Of a stretch of DNA of 64,000 bases, positions 25,301-40,300 are shown in pieces. This DNA comes from Laetmonice hystrix (Eukaryota): positions 24,678,001-24,742,000 of the forward strand of contig OZ249436.1 in NCBI GenBank assembly GCA_965235115.1. Reading direction: 5' to 3'. The translations under genes and the position numbers were made by a program. Every line of letters starts with the position of its first letter. Within the stretch, counting starts at the first letter, position 1. The notes under the pieces were generated by a model, which ran no database searches, had not been told where the DNA came from, and saw only the letters and a program-made list of their open reading frames with translations.

Positions 25301-28300
25301 AATAGATTGCTGCCTGTCGTAAAAATATACCAGACCATTTTAAAAAGTCACAGAACCCCAATCCGGCCCTAATATGTCACTCCCAGTACCAATAGACGCT
25401 GGAAGCACCATCAACTGAAATTCAGGCCTAGAACCCACCTCTCTCTACCAATATCATGCACCTAGTCCGTATACGAGGTTGTAATTTACTTTAATCAACG
25501 GGCTGCGCCGCAGCAACCCACTCTGGTCTTTGCAATCTTTTTCAATATGCGTTAACATTTGTGACCAGCTCAACGCGCCTTGTAAAATTTTTCAAAGTGC
25601 GTAAAAGTGTGTGTCCACCCCGACACGCTTTCCAAACCACTATACCCACCGAGCGACATCCACTCAAATACAGGCTTCGACCGATCCTCACTGTGCCAAT
25701 AATCCGCCACAAGGCAAATTCAGTCAATGCAAGCTGGAAAATCGAATGTCAAACCTAATGCTCCCCCCCCCAGCACGTTAACTGAAAAAAATCAACTAGC
25801 TTGAAAACTAGAATATAGCTTTGTTTAGCTAACAATCTACTCTCCCAGCGCCATCAACTCGCATACAGGCGTAAAAGCAAACGCACTGCCCCATATAATG
25901 CTCCCAGCCTAAGACGATGTTGCAATTAATTTAAGATTAACAAGATGCACTAGTAATCCGATCCAAGCCTAATTACGTCATTGCTAGTTTCATAACCAAA
26001 TCTCACAGAAAATACCCCACCCGCGCACATAACCTGAAAATATTCAACTTTTATCTCCAATGTATCCCTGTGCACCTAGTAGCACACAAGCGGGCCCAAT
26101 TTTGACATCCCAACACAAATACCGCAAATACCCGCCTAATGGCACAAAAAACTTTCTACCCCGTTGCAAGTCACATTAGCGTGCTGCTTGTCGTAAAAAA
26201 TGGTGCAGACCATTTCTAAAGTCACAGTACCCCACTCCCGGCCTAATATTACGTTTCAGTATCCATATACGCTGCAAGCGGCAGGAACTCGAATACAGGC
26301 CTAAAAGTAACCTCAGTCTAGCAATATCATACTCCCATGCCATATACGAGCTTGTAATTATCTTTAATTAATGGGCTCCGCAGCACCAACCCACTGCATT
26401 AACATTTGTTTAACAGCTTAACGCACCTTGTAAAATTTTTTCAAGTGCGTAAAAATGCGTGTCCACCTCCACATACTTTAAAAATCACTATACCCACCCA
26501 GCGACATCCACTCTAATACACGCCTAAAAGGAACTTCACTGTCCCATTTGATTCTCCAGCACGTATAGGATGTTTCAAGTAACATTCATCCACGGTCTGG
26601 CCCAATAACGTGCAACAAGGCATAGTAAGTCAATGCGAGCTCGCATGTCAAACCTAACCCGCCCCCAAGCACATGAGCTGAAAATATTCAAATAGCTTGA
26701 AAACTAGAATATAGCTTTGCTTAATACCATTATACCATCAACTCGCATTACAGGCCTAATGCGAAGCTCCCAGCCTAAAACGAGTTTCCAATTAATTTAA
26801 AGTTAACAAGATGCACTAATAATCGATTCCAAGCCTAATTAGGCCATTGCTAGTTGGATAACCAAATCTCATACAAAATACACCCTCCCGGCAGATGACC
26901 TGAGAATATTCAACTCTTATGTCCGATATATCCCTGTCCGCTTAGTAGCACCCAGCCGGGCCCCCATTTTGACATTGCAACACCAATACAGCAAGTGCCC
27001 AGCTAACAGCACAAATAACAGGATTCAGGGCTTCCTACCACGTTACAAGTCACAATAGATTGCTGCCTGTCGTAAAAATATACCAGACCATTTTAAAAAG
27101 TCACAGAACCCCAATCCGGCCCTAATATGTCACTCCCAGTACCAATAGACGCTGGAAGCACCATCAACTGAAATTCAGGCCTAGAACCCACCTCTCTCTA
27201 CCAATATCATGCACCTAGTCCGTATACGAGGTTGTAATTTACTTTAATCAACGGGCTGCGCCGCAGCAACCCACTCTGGTCTTTGCAATCTTTTTCAATA
27301 TGCGTTAACATTTGTGACCAGCTCAACGCGCCTTGTAAAATTTTTCAAAGTGCGTAAAAGTCTGTGTCCACCCCGACACGCTTTCCAAACCACTATACCC
27401 ACCGAGCGACATCCACTCAAATACAGGCTTCGACCGATCCTCACTGTGCCAATAATCCGCCACAAGGCAAATTCAGTAAATGCAAGCTGGAAAATCGAAT
27501 GTCAAACCTAATGCTCCCCCCCCCCAGCACGTTAACTGAAAAAAATCAACTAGCTTGAAAACTAGAATATAGCTTTGTTTAGCTAACAATCTACTCTCCC
27601 AGCGCCATCAACTCGCATACAGGCGTAAAAGCAAACGCACTGCCCCATATAATGCTCCCAGCCTAAGACGATGTTGCAATTAATTTAAGATTAACAAGAT
27701 GCACTAGTAATCCGATCCAAGCCTAATTACGTCATTGCTAGTTTCATAACCAAATCTCACAGAAAATACCCCACCCGCGCACATAACCTGAAAATATTCA
27801 ACTTTTATCTCCAATGTATCCCTGTGCACCTAGTAGCACCCAAGCGGGCCCAATTTTGACATTCCAACACAAATACCGCAAATACCCGCCTAATGGCACA
27901 AAAAACTTTCTACCCCGTTGCAAGTCACATTAGCTTGCTGCTTGTCGTAAAAAATGGTGCAGACCATTTCTAAAGTCACAGTACCCCACTCCCGGCCTAA
28001 TATTACGTTTCAGTATCCATATATGCTGCAAGCGGCAAGAACTCGAATACAGGCCTAAAAGTAACCCCAGTCTAGCAATATCATACTCTCATGCCATATA
28101 CGAGCTTGTAATTATCTTTAATTAATGGGCTCCGCAGCACCAACCCACTGCATTAACATTTGTTTAACAGCTTAACGCACCTTGTAAAAAATTTTCAAGT
28201 GCGTAAAAATGCGTGTCCACCTCCACATACTTTAAAAATCACTATACCCACCCAGCGACATTCACTCTAATACACGCCTAAGAGGAACTTCACTGTCCCA

Positions 28301-31300
28301 TTTGATTCTCCAGCACGTATAGGATGTTTCAAGTAACATTCATCCACGGTCTGGCCCAATAACGTGCAACAAGGCATAGTAAGTCAATGCGAGCTCGCAT
28401 GTCAAACCTAACCCGCCCCCCAGCACATGAGCTGAAAATATTCAAATAGCTTGAAAACTAGAATATAGCTTTGCTTAATACCATTATACCATCAACTCGC
28501 ATTACAGGCCTAATGCGAAGCTCCCAGCCTAAAACGAGTTTCCAATTAATTTAAAGTTAACAAGATGCACTAATAATCGATTCCAAGCCTAATTAGGCCA
28601 TTGCTAGTTGGATAACCAAATCTCATACAAAATACACCCTCCCGGCAGATGACCTGAGAATATTCAACTCTTATGTCCGATATATCCCTGTCCGCTTTGT
28701 AGCACCCAGCCGGGCCCCCATTTTGACATTGCAACACCAATACAGCAAGTGCCCAGCTAACAGCACAAATAACAGGATTCAGGGCTTCCTACCACGTTAC
28801 AAGTCACAATAGATTGCTGCCTGTCGTAAAAATATACCAGACCATTTTAAAAAGTCACAGAACCCCAATCCGGCCCTAATATGTCACTCCCAGTACCAAT
28901 ACACTCTGGAAGCACCATCAACTGAAATTCAGGCCTAGAACCCACCTCTCTCTACCAATATCATGCACCTAGTCCGTATACGAGGTTGTAATTTACTTTA
29001 ATCAACGGGCTGCGCCGCAGCAACCCACTCTGGTCTTTGCAATCTTTTTCAATATGCGTTAACATTTGTAACCAGCTCAACGCGCCTTGTAAAATTTTTC
29101 AAAGTGCGTAAAAGTGTGTGTCCACCCCGACACGCTTTCCAAACCACTATACCCACCGAGCGACATCCACTCAAATACAGGCTTCGACCGATCCTCACTG
29201 TGCCAATAATCCGCCACAAGGCAAATTCAGTCAATGCAAGCTGGAAAATCGAATGTCAAACCTAATACTCCCCCCCCCCCCAGCACGTTAACTGAAAATA
29301 ATCAACTAGCTTGAAAACTAGAATATAGCTTTGTTTAGCTAACAATCTACTCTCCCAGCGCCATCAACTCGCATACAGGCGTAAAAGCAAACGCACTGCC
29401 CCATATAATGCTCCCAGCCTAAAACGATGTTGCAATTAAATTAAAATTAACAAGATGCACTAGTAATCCGATCCAAGCTTAATTACGTCATTGCTAGTTT
29501 CATAACCAAATCTCACAGAAAATACCCCACCCGGGCACATAACCTGAAAATATTCAACTTTTATCTCCAATGTATCCCTGTGCACCTAGTAGCACCCAAG
29601 CGGGCCCAATTTTGACATCCCAACACAAATACCGCAAATACCCGCCTAATGGTACAAAAAACTTTCTACCCCGTTGCAAGTCACATTAGCGTGCTGCTTG
29701 TCGTAAAAAATGGTGCAGACCATTTCTAAAGTCACAGTACCCCACTCCCGGCCTAATATTACGTTTCAGTATCCATATACGCTGCAAGCGGCAGGAACTC
29801 GAATACAGGCCTAAAAGTAACCTCAGTCTAGCAATATCATACTCCCATGCCATATACGAGCTTGTAATTATCTTTAATTAATGGGCTCCGCAGCACCAAC
29901 CCACTGCATTAACATTTGTTTAACAGCTTAACACACCTTGTAAAATTTTTTCAAGTGCGTAAAAATGCGTGTCCACCTCCACATACTTTAAAAATCACTA
30001 TACCCACCCAGCGACATCCACTCTAATACACGCCTAAAAGGAACTTCACTGTCCCATTTGATTCTCCAGCACGTATAGGATGTTTCAAGTAACATTCATC
30101 CACGGTCTGGCCCAATAACGTGCAACAAGGCATAGTAAGTCAATGCGAGCTCGCATGTCAAACCTAACCCGCCCCCAAGCACATGAGCTGAAAATATTCA
30201 AATAGCTTGAAAACTAGAATATAGCTTTGCTTAATACCATTATACCATCAACTCGCATTACAGGCCTAATGCGAAGCTCCCAGCCTAAAACGAGTTTCCA
30301 ATTAATTTAAAGTTAACAAGATGCACTAATAATCGATTCCAAGCCTAATTAGGCCATTGCTAGTTGGATAACCAAATCTCATACAAAATACACCCTCCCG
30401 GCAGATGACCTGAGAATATTCAACTCTTATGTCCGATATATCCCTGTCCGCTTTGTAGCACCCAGCCGGGCCCCCATTTTGACATTGCAACACCAATACA
30501 GCAAGTGCCCAGCTAACAGCACAAATAACAGGATTCAGGGCTTCCTACCACGTTACAAGTCACAATAGATTGCTGCCTGTCGTAAAAATATACCAGACCA
30601 TTTAAAAAAGTCACAGAACCCCAATCCGGCCCTAATATGTCACTCCCAGTACCAATACACTCTGGAAGCACCATCAACTGAAATTCAGGCCTAGAACCCA
30701 CCTCTCTCTACCAATATCATGCACCTAGTCCGTATACGAGGTTGTAATTTACTTTAATCAACGGGCTGCGCCGCAGCAACCCACTCTGGTCTTTGCAATC
30801 TTTTTCAATATGCGTTAACATTTGTAACCAGCTCAACGCGCCTTGTAAAATTTTTCAAAGTGCGTAAAAGTGTGTGTCCACCCCGACACGCTTTCCAAAC
30901 CACTATACCCACCGAGCGACATCCACTCAAATACAGGCTTCGACCGATCCTCACTGTGCCAATAATCCGCCACAAGGCAAATTCAGTCAATGCAAGCTGG
31001 AAAATCGAATGTCAAACCTAATGCTCCCCCCCCCCCAGCACGTTAACTGAAAATAATCAACTAGCTTGAAAACTAGAATATAGCTTTGTTAAGCTAACAA
31101 TCTACTCTCCCAGCGCCATCAACTCGCATACAGGCGTAAAAGCAAACGCACTGCCCCATATAATGCTCCCAGCCTAAAACGATGTTGCAATTAATTTAAA
31201 ATTAACAAGATGCACTAGTAATCCGATCCAAGCCTAATTACGTCATTGCTAGTTTCATAACCAAATCTCACAGAAAATACCCCACCCGCGCACATAACCT

Positions 31301-34300
31301 GAAAATATTCAACTTTTATCTCCAATGTATCCCTGTGCACCTAGTAGCACCCAAGCGGGCCCAATTTTGACATTCCAACACAAATACCGCAAATACCCGC
31401 CTAATGGCACAAAAAACTTTCTACCCCGTTGCAAGTCACATTAGCTTGCTGCTTGTCGTAAAAAATGGTGCAGACCATTTCTAAAGTCACAGTACCCCAC
31501 TCCCGGCCTAATATTACGTTTCAGTATCCATATACGCTGCAAGCGGCAGGAACTCGAATACAGGCCTAAAAGTAACCCCAGTCTAGCAATATCATACTCT
31601 CATGCCATATACGAGCTTGTAATTATCTTTAATTAATGGGCTCCGCAGCACCAACCCACTGCATTAACATTTGTTTAACAGCTTAACGCACCTTGTAAAA
31701 AATTTTCAAGTGCGTAAAAATGCGTGTCCACCTCCACATACTTTAAAAATCACTATACCCACCCAGCGACATTCACTCTAATACACGCCTAAGAGGAACT
31801 TCACTGTCCCATTTGATTCTCCAGCACGTATAGGATGTTTCAAGTAACATTTATCCACGGTCTGGCCCAATAACGTGCAACAAGGCATAGTAAGTCAATG
31901 CGACCTCGCATGTCAAACCTAACCCGCCCCCCAGCACATGAGCTGGAGATATTCAAATAGCTTGAAAACTAGAATATAGCTTTGCTTAATACCATTATAC
32001 CATCAACTCGCATTACAGGCCTAATGCGAAGCTCCCAGCCTAAAACGAGTTTCCAATTAATTTAAAGTTAACAAGATGCACTAATAATCGATTCCAAGCC
32101 TAATTAGGCCATTGCTAGTTGGATAACCAAATCTCATACAAAATACACCCTCCCGGCAGATGACCTGAGAATATTCAACTCTTATGTCCGATATATCCCT
32201 GTCCGCTTAGTAGCACCCAGCCGGGCCCCCATTTTGACATTGCAACACCAATACAGCAAGTGCCCAGCTAACAGCACAAATAACAGGATTCAGGGCTTCC
32301 TACCACGTTACAAGTCACAATAGATTGCTGCCTGTCGTAAAAATATACCAGACCATTTTAAAAAGTCACAGAACCCCAATCCGGCCCTAATATGTCACTC
32401 CCAGTACCAATAGACGCTGGAAGCACCATCAACTGAAATTCAGGCCTAGAACCCACCTCTCTCTACCAATATCATGCACCTAGTCCGTATACGAGGTTGT
32501 AATTTACTTTAATCAACGGGCTGCGCCGCAGCAACCCACTCTGGTCTTTGCAATCTTTTTCAATATGCGTTAACATTTGTGACCAGCTCAACGCGCCTTG
32601 TAAAATTTTTCAAAGTGCGTAAAAGTGTGTGTCCACCCCGACACGCTTTCCAAACCACTATACCCACCGAGCGACATCCACTCAAATACAGGCTTCGACC
32701 GATCCTCACTGTGCCAATAATCCGCCACAAGGCAAATTCAGTCAATGCAAGCTGGAAAATCGAATGTCAAACCTAATGCTCCCCCCCCAGCACGTTAACT
32801 GAAAATCATCAACTAGCTTGAAAACTAGAATATAGCTTTGTTAAGCTAACAATCTACTCTCCCAGCGCCATCAACTCGCATACAGGCGTAAAAGCAAACG
32901 CACTGCCCCATATAATGCTCCCAGCCTAAAACGATGTTGCAATTAATTTAAAATTAACAAGATGCACTAGTAATCCGATCCAAGCCTAATTACGTCATTG
33001 CTAGTTTCATAACCAAATCTCACAGAAAATACCCCACCCGCGCACATAACCTGAAAATATTCAACTTTTATCTCCAATGTATCCCTGTGCACCTAGTAGC
33101 ACCCAAGCGGGCCCAATTTTGACATTCCAACACAAATACCGCAAATACCCGCCTAATGGCACAAAAAACTTTCTACCCCGTTGCAAGTCACATTAGCTTG
33201 CTGCTTGTCGTAAAAAATGGTGCAGACCATTTCTAAAGTCACAGTACCCCACTCCCGGCCTAATATTACGTTTCAGTATCCATATACGCTGCAAGCGGCA
33301 GGAACTCGAATACAGGCCTAAAAGTAACCCCAGTCTAGCAATATCATACTCTCATGCCATATACGAGCTTGTAATTATCTTTAATTAATGGGCTCCGCAG
33401 CACCAACCCACTGCATTAACATTTGTTTAACAGCTTAACGCACCTTGTAAAAAATTTTCAAGTGCGTAAAAATGCGTGTCCACCTCCACATACTTTAAAA
33501 ATCACTATACCCACCCAGCGACATTCACTCTAATACACGCCTAAGAGGAACTTCACTGTCCCATTTGATTCTCCAGCACGTATAGGATGTTTCAAGTAAC
33601 ATTTATCCACGGTCTGGCCCAATAACGTGCAACAAGGCATAGTAAGTCAATGCGACCTCGCATGTCAAACCTAACCCGCCCCCCAGCACATGAGCTGGAG
33701 ATATTCAAATAGCTTGAAAACTAGAATATAGCTTTGCTTAATACCATTATACCATCAACTCGCATTACAGGCCTAATGCGAAGCTCCCAGCCTAAAACGA
33801 GTTTCCAATTAATTTAAAGTTAACAAGATGCACTAATAATCGATTCCAAGCCTAATTAGGCCATTGCTAGTTGGATAACCAAATCTCATACAAAATACAC
33901 CCTCCCGGCAGATGACCTGAGAATATTCAACTCTTATGTCCGATATATCCCTGTCCGCTTAGTAGCACCCAGCCGGGCCCCCATTTTGACATTGCAACAC
34001 CAATACAGCAAGTGCCCAGCTAACAGCACAAATAACAGGATTCAGGGCTTCCTACCACGTTACAAGTCACAATAGATTGCTGCCTGTCGTAAAAATATAC
34101 CAGACCATTTTAAAAAGTCACAGAACCCCAATCCGGCCCTAATATGTCACTCCCAGTACCAATAGACGCTGGAAGCACCATCAACTGAAATTCAGGCCTA
34201 GAACCCACCTCTCTCTACCAATATCATGCACCTAGTCCGTATACGAGGTTGTAATTTACTTTAATCAACGGGCTGCGCCGCAGCAACCCACTCTGGTCTT

Positions 34301-37300
34301 TGCAATCTTTTTCAATATGCGTTAACATTTGTGACCAGCTCAACGCGCCTTGTAAAATTTTTCAAAGTGCGTAAAAGTGTGTGTCCACCCCGACACGCTT
34401 TCCAAACCACTATACCCACCGAGCGACATCCACTCAAATACAGGCTTCGACCGATCCTCACTGTGCCAATAATCCGCCACAAGGCAAATTCAGTCAATGC
34501 AAGCTGGAAAATCGAATGTCAAACCTAATGCTCCCCCCCCCCAGCACGTTAACTGAAAAAAATCAACTAGCTTGAAAACTAGAATATAGCTTTGTTTAGC
34601 TAACAATCTACTCTCCCAGCGCCATCAACTCGCATACAGGCGTAAAAGCAAACGCACTGCCCCATATAATGCTCCCAGCCTAAGACGATGTTGCAATTAA
34701 TTTAAGATTAACAAGATGCACTAGTAATCCGATCCAAGCCTAATTACGTCATTGCTAGTTTCATAACCAAATCTCACAGAAAATACCCCACCCGCGCACA
34801 TAACCTGAAAATATTCAACTTTTATCTCCAATGTATCCCTGTGCACCTAGTAGCACACAAGCGGGCCCAATTTTGACATCCCAACACAAATACCGCAAAT
34901 ACCCGCCTAATGGCACAAAAAACTTTCTACCCCGTTGCAAGTCACATTAGCGTGCTGCTTGTCGTAAAAAATGGTGCAGACCATTTCTAAAGTCACAGTA
35001 CCCCACTCCCGGCCTAATATTACGTTTCAGTATCCATATACGCTGCAAGCGGCAGGAACTCGAATACAGGCCTAAAAGTAACCTCAGTCTAGCAATATCA
35101 TACTCCCATGCCATATACGAGCTTGTAATTATCTTTAATTAATGGGCTCCGCAGCACCAACCCACTGCATTAACATTTGTTTAACAGCTTAACGCACCTT
35201 GTAAAATTTTTTCAAGTGCGTAAAAATGCGTGTCCACCTCCACATACTTTAAAAATCACTATACCCACCCAGCGACATCCACTCTAATACACGCCTAAAA
35301 GGAACTTCACTGTCCCATTTGATTCTCCAGCACGTATAGGATGTTTCAAGTAACATTCATCCACGGTCTGGCCCAATAACGTGCAACAAGGCATAGTAAG
35401 TCAATGCGAGCTCGCATGTCAAACCTAACCCGCCCCCAAGCACATGAGCTGAAAATATTCAAATAGCTTGAAAACTAGAATATAGCTTTGCTTAATACCA
35501 TTATACCATCAACTCGCATTACAGGCCTAATGCGAAGCTCCCAGCCTAAAACGAGTTTCCAATTAATTTAAAGTTAACAAGATGCACTAATAATCGATTC
35601 CAAGCCTAATTAGGCCATTGCTAGTTGGATAACCAAATCTCATACAAAATACACCCTCCCGGCAGATGACCTGAGAATATTCAACTCTTATGTCCGATAT
35701 ATCCCTGTCCGCTTAGTAGCACCCAGCCGGGCCCCCATTTTGACATTGCAACACCAATACAGCAAGTGCCCAGCTAACAGCACAAATAACAGGATTCAGG
35801 GCTTCCTACCACGTTACAAGTCACAATAGATTGCTGCCTGTCGTAAAAATATACCAGACCATTTTAAAAAGTCACAGAACCCCAATCCGGCCCTAATATG
35901 TCACTCCCAGTACCAATAGACGCTGGAAGCACCATCAACTGAAATTCAGGCCTAGAACCCACCTCTCTCTACCAATATCATGCACCTAGTCCGTATACGA
36001 GGTTGTAATTTACTTTAATCAACGGGCTGCGCCGCAGCAACCCACTCTGGTCTTTGCAATCTTTTTCAATATGCGTTAACATTTGTGACCAGCTCAACGC
36101 GCCTTGTAAAATTTTTCAAAGTGCGTAAAAGTGTGTGTCCACCCCGACACGCTTTCCAAACCACTATACCCACCGAGCGACATCCACTCAAATACAGGCT
36201 TCGACCGATCCTCACTGTGCCAATAATCCGCCACAAGGCAAATTCAGTCAATGCAAGCTGGAAAATCGAATGTCAAACCTAATGCTCCCCCCCCAGCACG
36301 TTAACTGAAAAAAATCAACTAGCTTGAAAACTAGAATATAGCTTTGTTTAGCTAACAATCTACTCTCCCAGCGCCATCAACTCGCATACAGGCGTAAAAG
36401 CAAACGCACTGCCCCATATAATGCTCCCAGCCTAAGACGATGTTGCAATTAATTTAAGATTAACAAGATGCACTAGTAATCCGATCCAAGCCTAATTACG
36501 TCATTGCTAGTTTCATAACCAAATCTCACAGAAAATACCCCACCCGCGCACATAACCTGAAAATATTCAACTTTTATCTCCAATGTATCCCTGTGCACCT
36601 AGTAGCACCCAAGCGGGCCCAATTTTGACATTCCAACACAAATACCGCAAATACCCGCCTAATGGCACAAAAAACTTTCTACCCCGTTGCAAGTCACATT
36701 AGCTTGCTGCTTGTCGTAAAAAATGGTGCAGACCATTTCTAAAGTCACAGTACCCCACTCCCGGCCTAATATTACGTTTCAGTATCCATATACGCTGCAA
36801 GCGGCAAGAACTCGAATACAGGCCTAAAAGTAACCCCAGTCTAGCAATATCATACTCTCATGCCATATACGAGCTTGTAATTATCTTTAATTAATGGGCT
36901 CCGCAGCACCAACCCACTGCATTAACATTTGTTTAACAGCTTAACGCACCTTGTAAAAAATTTTCAAGTGCGTAAAAATGCGTGTCCACCTCCACATACT
37001 TTAAAAATCACTATACCCACCCAGCGACATTCACTCTAATACACGCCTAAGAGGAACTTCACTGTCCCATTTGATTCTCCAGCACGTATAGGATGTTTCA
37101 AGTAACATTCATCCACGGTCTGGCCCAATAACGTGCAACAAGGCATAGTAAGTCAATGCGAGCTCGCATGTCAAACCTAACCCGCCCCCCAGCACATGAG
37201 CTGAAAATATTCAAATAGCTTGAAAACTAGAATATAGCTTTGCTTAATACCATTATACCATCAACTCGCATTACAGGCCTAATGCGAAGCTCCCAGCCTA

Positions 37301-40300
37301 AAACGAGTTTCCAATTAATTTAAAGTTAACAAGATGCACTAATAATCGATTCCAAGCCTAATTAGGCCATTGCTAGTTGGATAACCAAATCTCATACAAA
37401 ATACACCCTCCCGGCAGATGACCTGAGAATATTCAACTCTTATGTCCGATATATCCCTGTCCGCTTTGTAGCACCCAGCCGGGCCCCCATTTTGACATTG
37501 CAACACCAATACAGCAAGTGCCCAGCTAACAGCACAAATAACAGGATTCAGGGCTTCCTACCACGTTACAAGTCACAATAGATTGCTGCCTGTCGTAAAA
37601 ATATACCAGACCATTTTAAAAAGTCACAGAACCCCAATCCGGCCCTAATATGTCACTCCCAGTACCAATACACTCTGGAAGCACCATCAACTGAAATTCA
37701 GGCCTAGAACCCACCTCTCTCTACCAATATCATGCACCTAGTCCGTATACGAGGTTGTAATTTACTTTAATCAACGGGCTGCGCCGCAGCAACCCACTCT
37801 GGTCTTTGCAATCTTTTTCAATATGCGTTAACATTTGTAACCAGCTCAACGCGCCTTGTAAAATTTTTCAAAGTGCGTAAAAGTGTGTGTCCACCCCGAC
37901 ACGCTTTCCAAACCACTATACCCACCGAGCGACATCCACTCAAATACAGGCTTCGACCGATCCTCACTGTGCCAATAATCCGCCACAAGGCAAATTCAGT
38001 CAATGCAAGCTGGAAAATCGAATGTCAAACCTAATGCTCCCCCCCCCCCAGCACGTTAACTGAAAATAATCAACTAGCTTGAAAACTAGAATATAGCTTT
38101 GTTTAGCTAACAATCTACTCTCCCAGCGCCATCAACTCGCATACAGGCGTAAAAGCAAACGCACTGCCCCATATAATGCTCCCAGCATAAAACGATGTTG
38201 CAATTAATTTAAAATTAACAAGATGCACTAGTAATCCGATCCAAGCCTAATTACGTCATTGCTAGTTTCATAACCAAATCTCACAGAAAATACCCCACCC
38301 GCGCACATAACCTGAAAATATTCAACTTTTATCTCCAATGTATCCCTGTGCACCTAGTAGCACCCAAGCGGGCCCAATTTTGACATTCCAACACAAATAC
38401 CGCAAATACCCGCCTAATGGCACAAAAAACTTTCTACCCCGTTGCAAGTCACATTAGCTTGCTGCTTGTCGTAAAAAATGGTGCAGACCATTTCTAAAGT
38501 CACAGTACCCCACTCCCGGCCTAATATTACGTTTCAGTATCCATATACGGTGCAAGCGGCAGGAACTCGAAAACAGGCCTAAAAGTAACCCCAGTCTAGC
38601 AATATCATACTCTCATGCCATATACGAGCTTGTAATTATCTTTAATTAATGGGCTCCGCAGCACCAACCCACTGCATTAACATTTGTTTAACAGCTTAAC
38701 GCACCTTGTAAAAAAAATTTCAAGTGCGTAAAAATGCGTGTCCACCTCCACATACTTTAAAAATCACTATACCCACCCAGCGACATTCACTCTAATACAC
38801 GCCTAAGAGGAACTTTACTGTCCCATTTGATTCTCCAGCACGTATAGGATGTTTCAAGTAACATTTATCCACGGTCTGGCCCAATAACGTGCAACAAGGC
38901 ATAGTAAGTCAATGCGAGCTCGCATGTCAAACCTAACCCGCCCCCCAGCACATGAGCTGAAAATATTCAAATAGCTTGAAAACTAGAATATAGCTTTGCT
39001 TAATACCATTATACCATCAACTCGCATTACAGGCCTAATGCGAAGCTCCCAGCCTAAAACGAGTTTCCAATTAATTTAAAGTTAACAAGATGCACTAATA
39101 ATCGATTCCAAGCCTAATTAGGCCATTGCTAGTTGGATAACCAAATCTCATACAAAATACACCCTCCCGGCAGATGACCTGAGAATATTCAACTCTTATG
39201 TCCGATATATCCCTGTCCGCTTAGTAGCACCCAGCCGGGCCCCCATTTTGACATTGCAACACCAATACAGCAAGTGCCCAGCTAACAGCACAAATAACAG
39301 GATTCAGGGCTTCCTACCACGTTACAAGTCACAATAGATTGCTGCCTGTCGTAAAAATATACCAGACCATTTTAAAAAGTCACAGAACCCCAATCCGGCC
39401 CTAATATGTCACTCCCAGTACCAATACACGCTGGAAGCACCATCAACTGAAATTCAGGCCTAGAACCCACCTCTCTCTACCAATATCATGCACCTAGTCC
39501 GTATACGAGGTTGTAATTTACTTTAATCAACGGGCTGCGCCGCAGCAACCCACTCTGGTCTTTGCAATCTTTTTCAATATGCGTTAACATTTGTAACCAG
39601 CTCAACGCGCCTTGTAAAATTTTTCAAAGTGCGTAAAAGTGTGTGTCCACCCCGACACGCTTTCCAAACCACTATACCCACCGAGCGACATCCACTCAAA
39701 TACAGGCTTCGACCGATCCTCACTGTGCCAATAATCCGCCACAAGGCAAATTCAGTCAATGCAAGCTGGAAAATCGAATGTCAAACCTAATGCTCCCCCC
39801 CCCAGCACGTTAACTGAAAATAATCAACTAGCTTGAAAACTAGAATATAGCTTTGTTAAGCTAACAATCTACCCTCCCAGCGCCATCAACTCGCATACAG
39901 GCGTAAAAGCAAACGCACTGCCCCATATAATGCTTCCAGCCTAAAACGATGTTGCAATTAATTTAAAATTAACAAGATGCACTAGTAATCCGATCCAAGC
40001 CTAATTACGTCATTGCTAGTTTCATAACCAAATCTCACAGAAAATACCCCACCCGCGCACATAACCTGAAAATATTCAACTTTTATCTCCAATGTATCCC
40101 TGTGCACCTAGTAGCACCCAAGCGGGCCCAATTTTGACATTCCAACACAAATACCGCAAATACCCGCCTAATGGCACAAAAAACTTTCTACCCCGTTGCA
40201 AGTCACATTAGCTTGCTGCTTGTCGTAAAAAATGGTGCAGACCATTTCTAAAGTCACAGTACCCCACTCCCGGCCTAATATTACGTTTCAGTATCCATAT

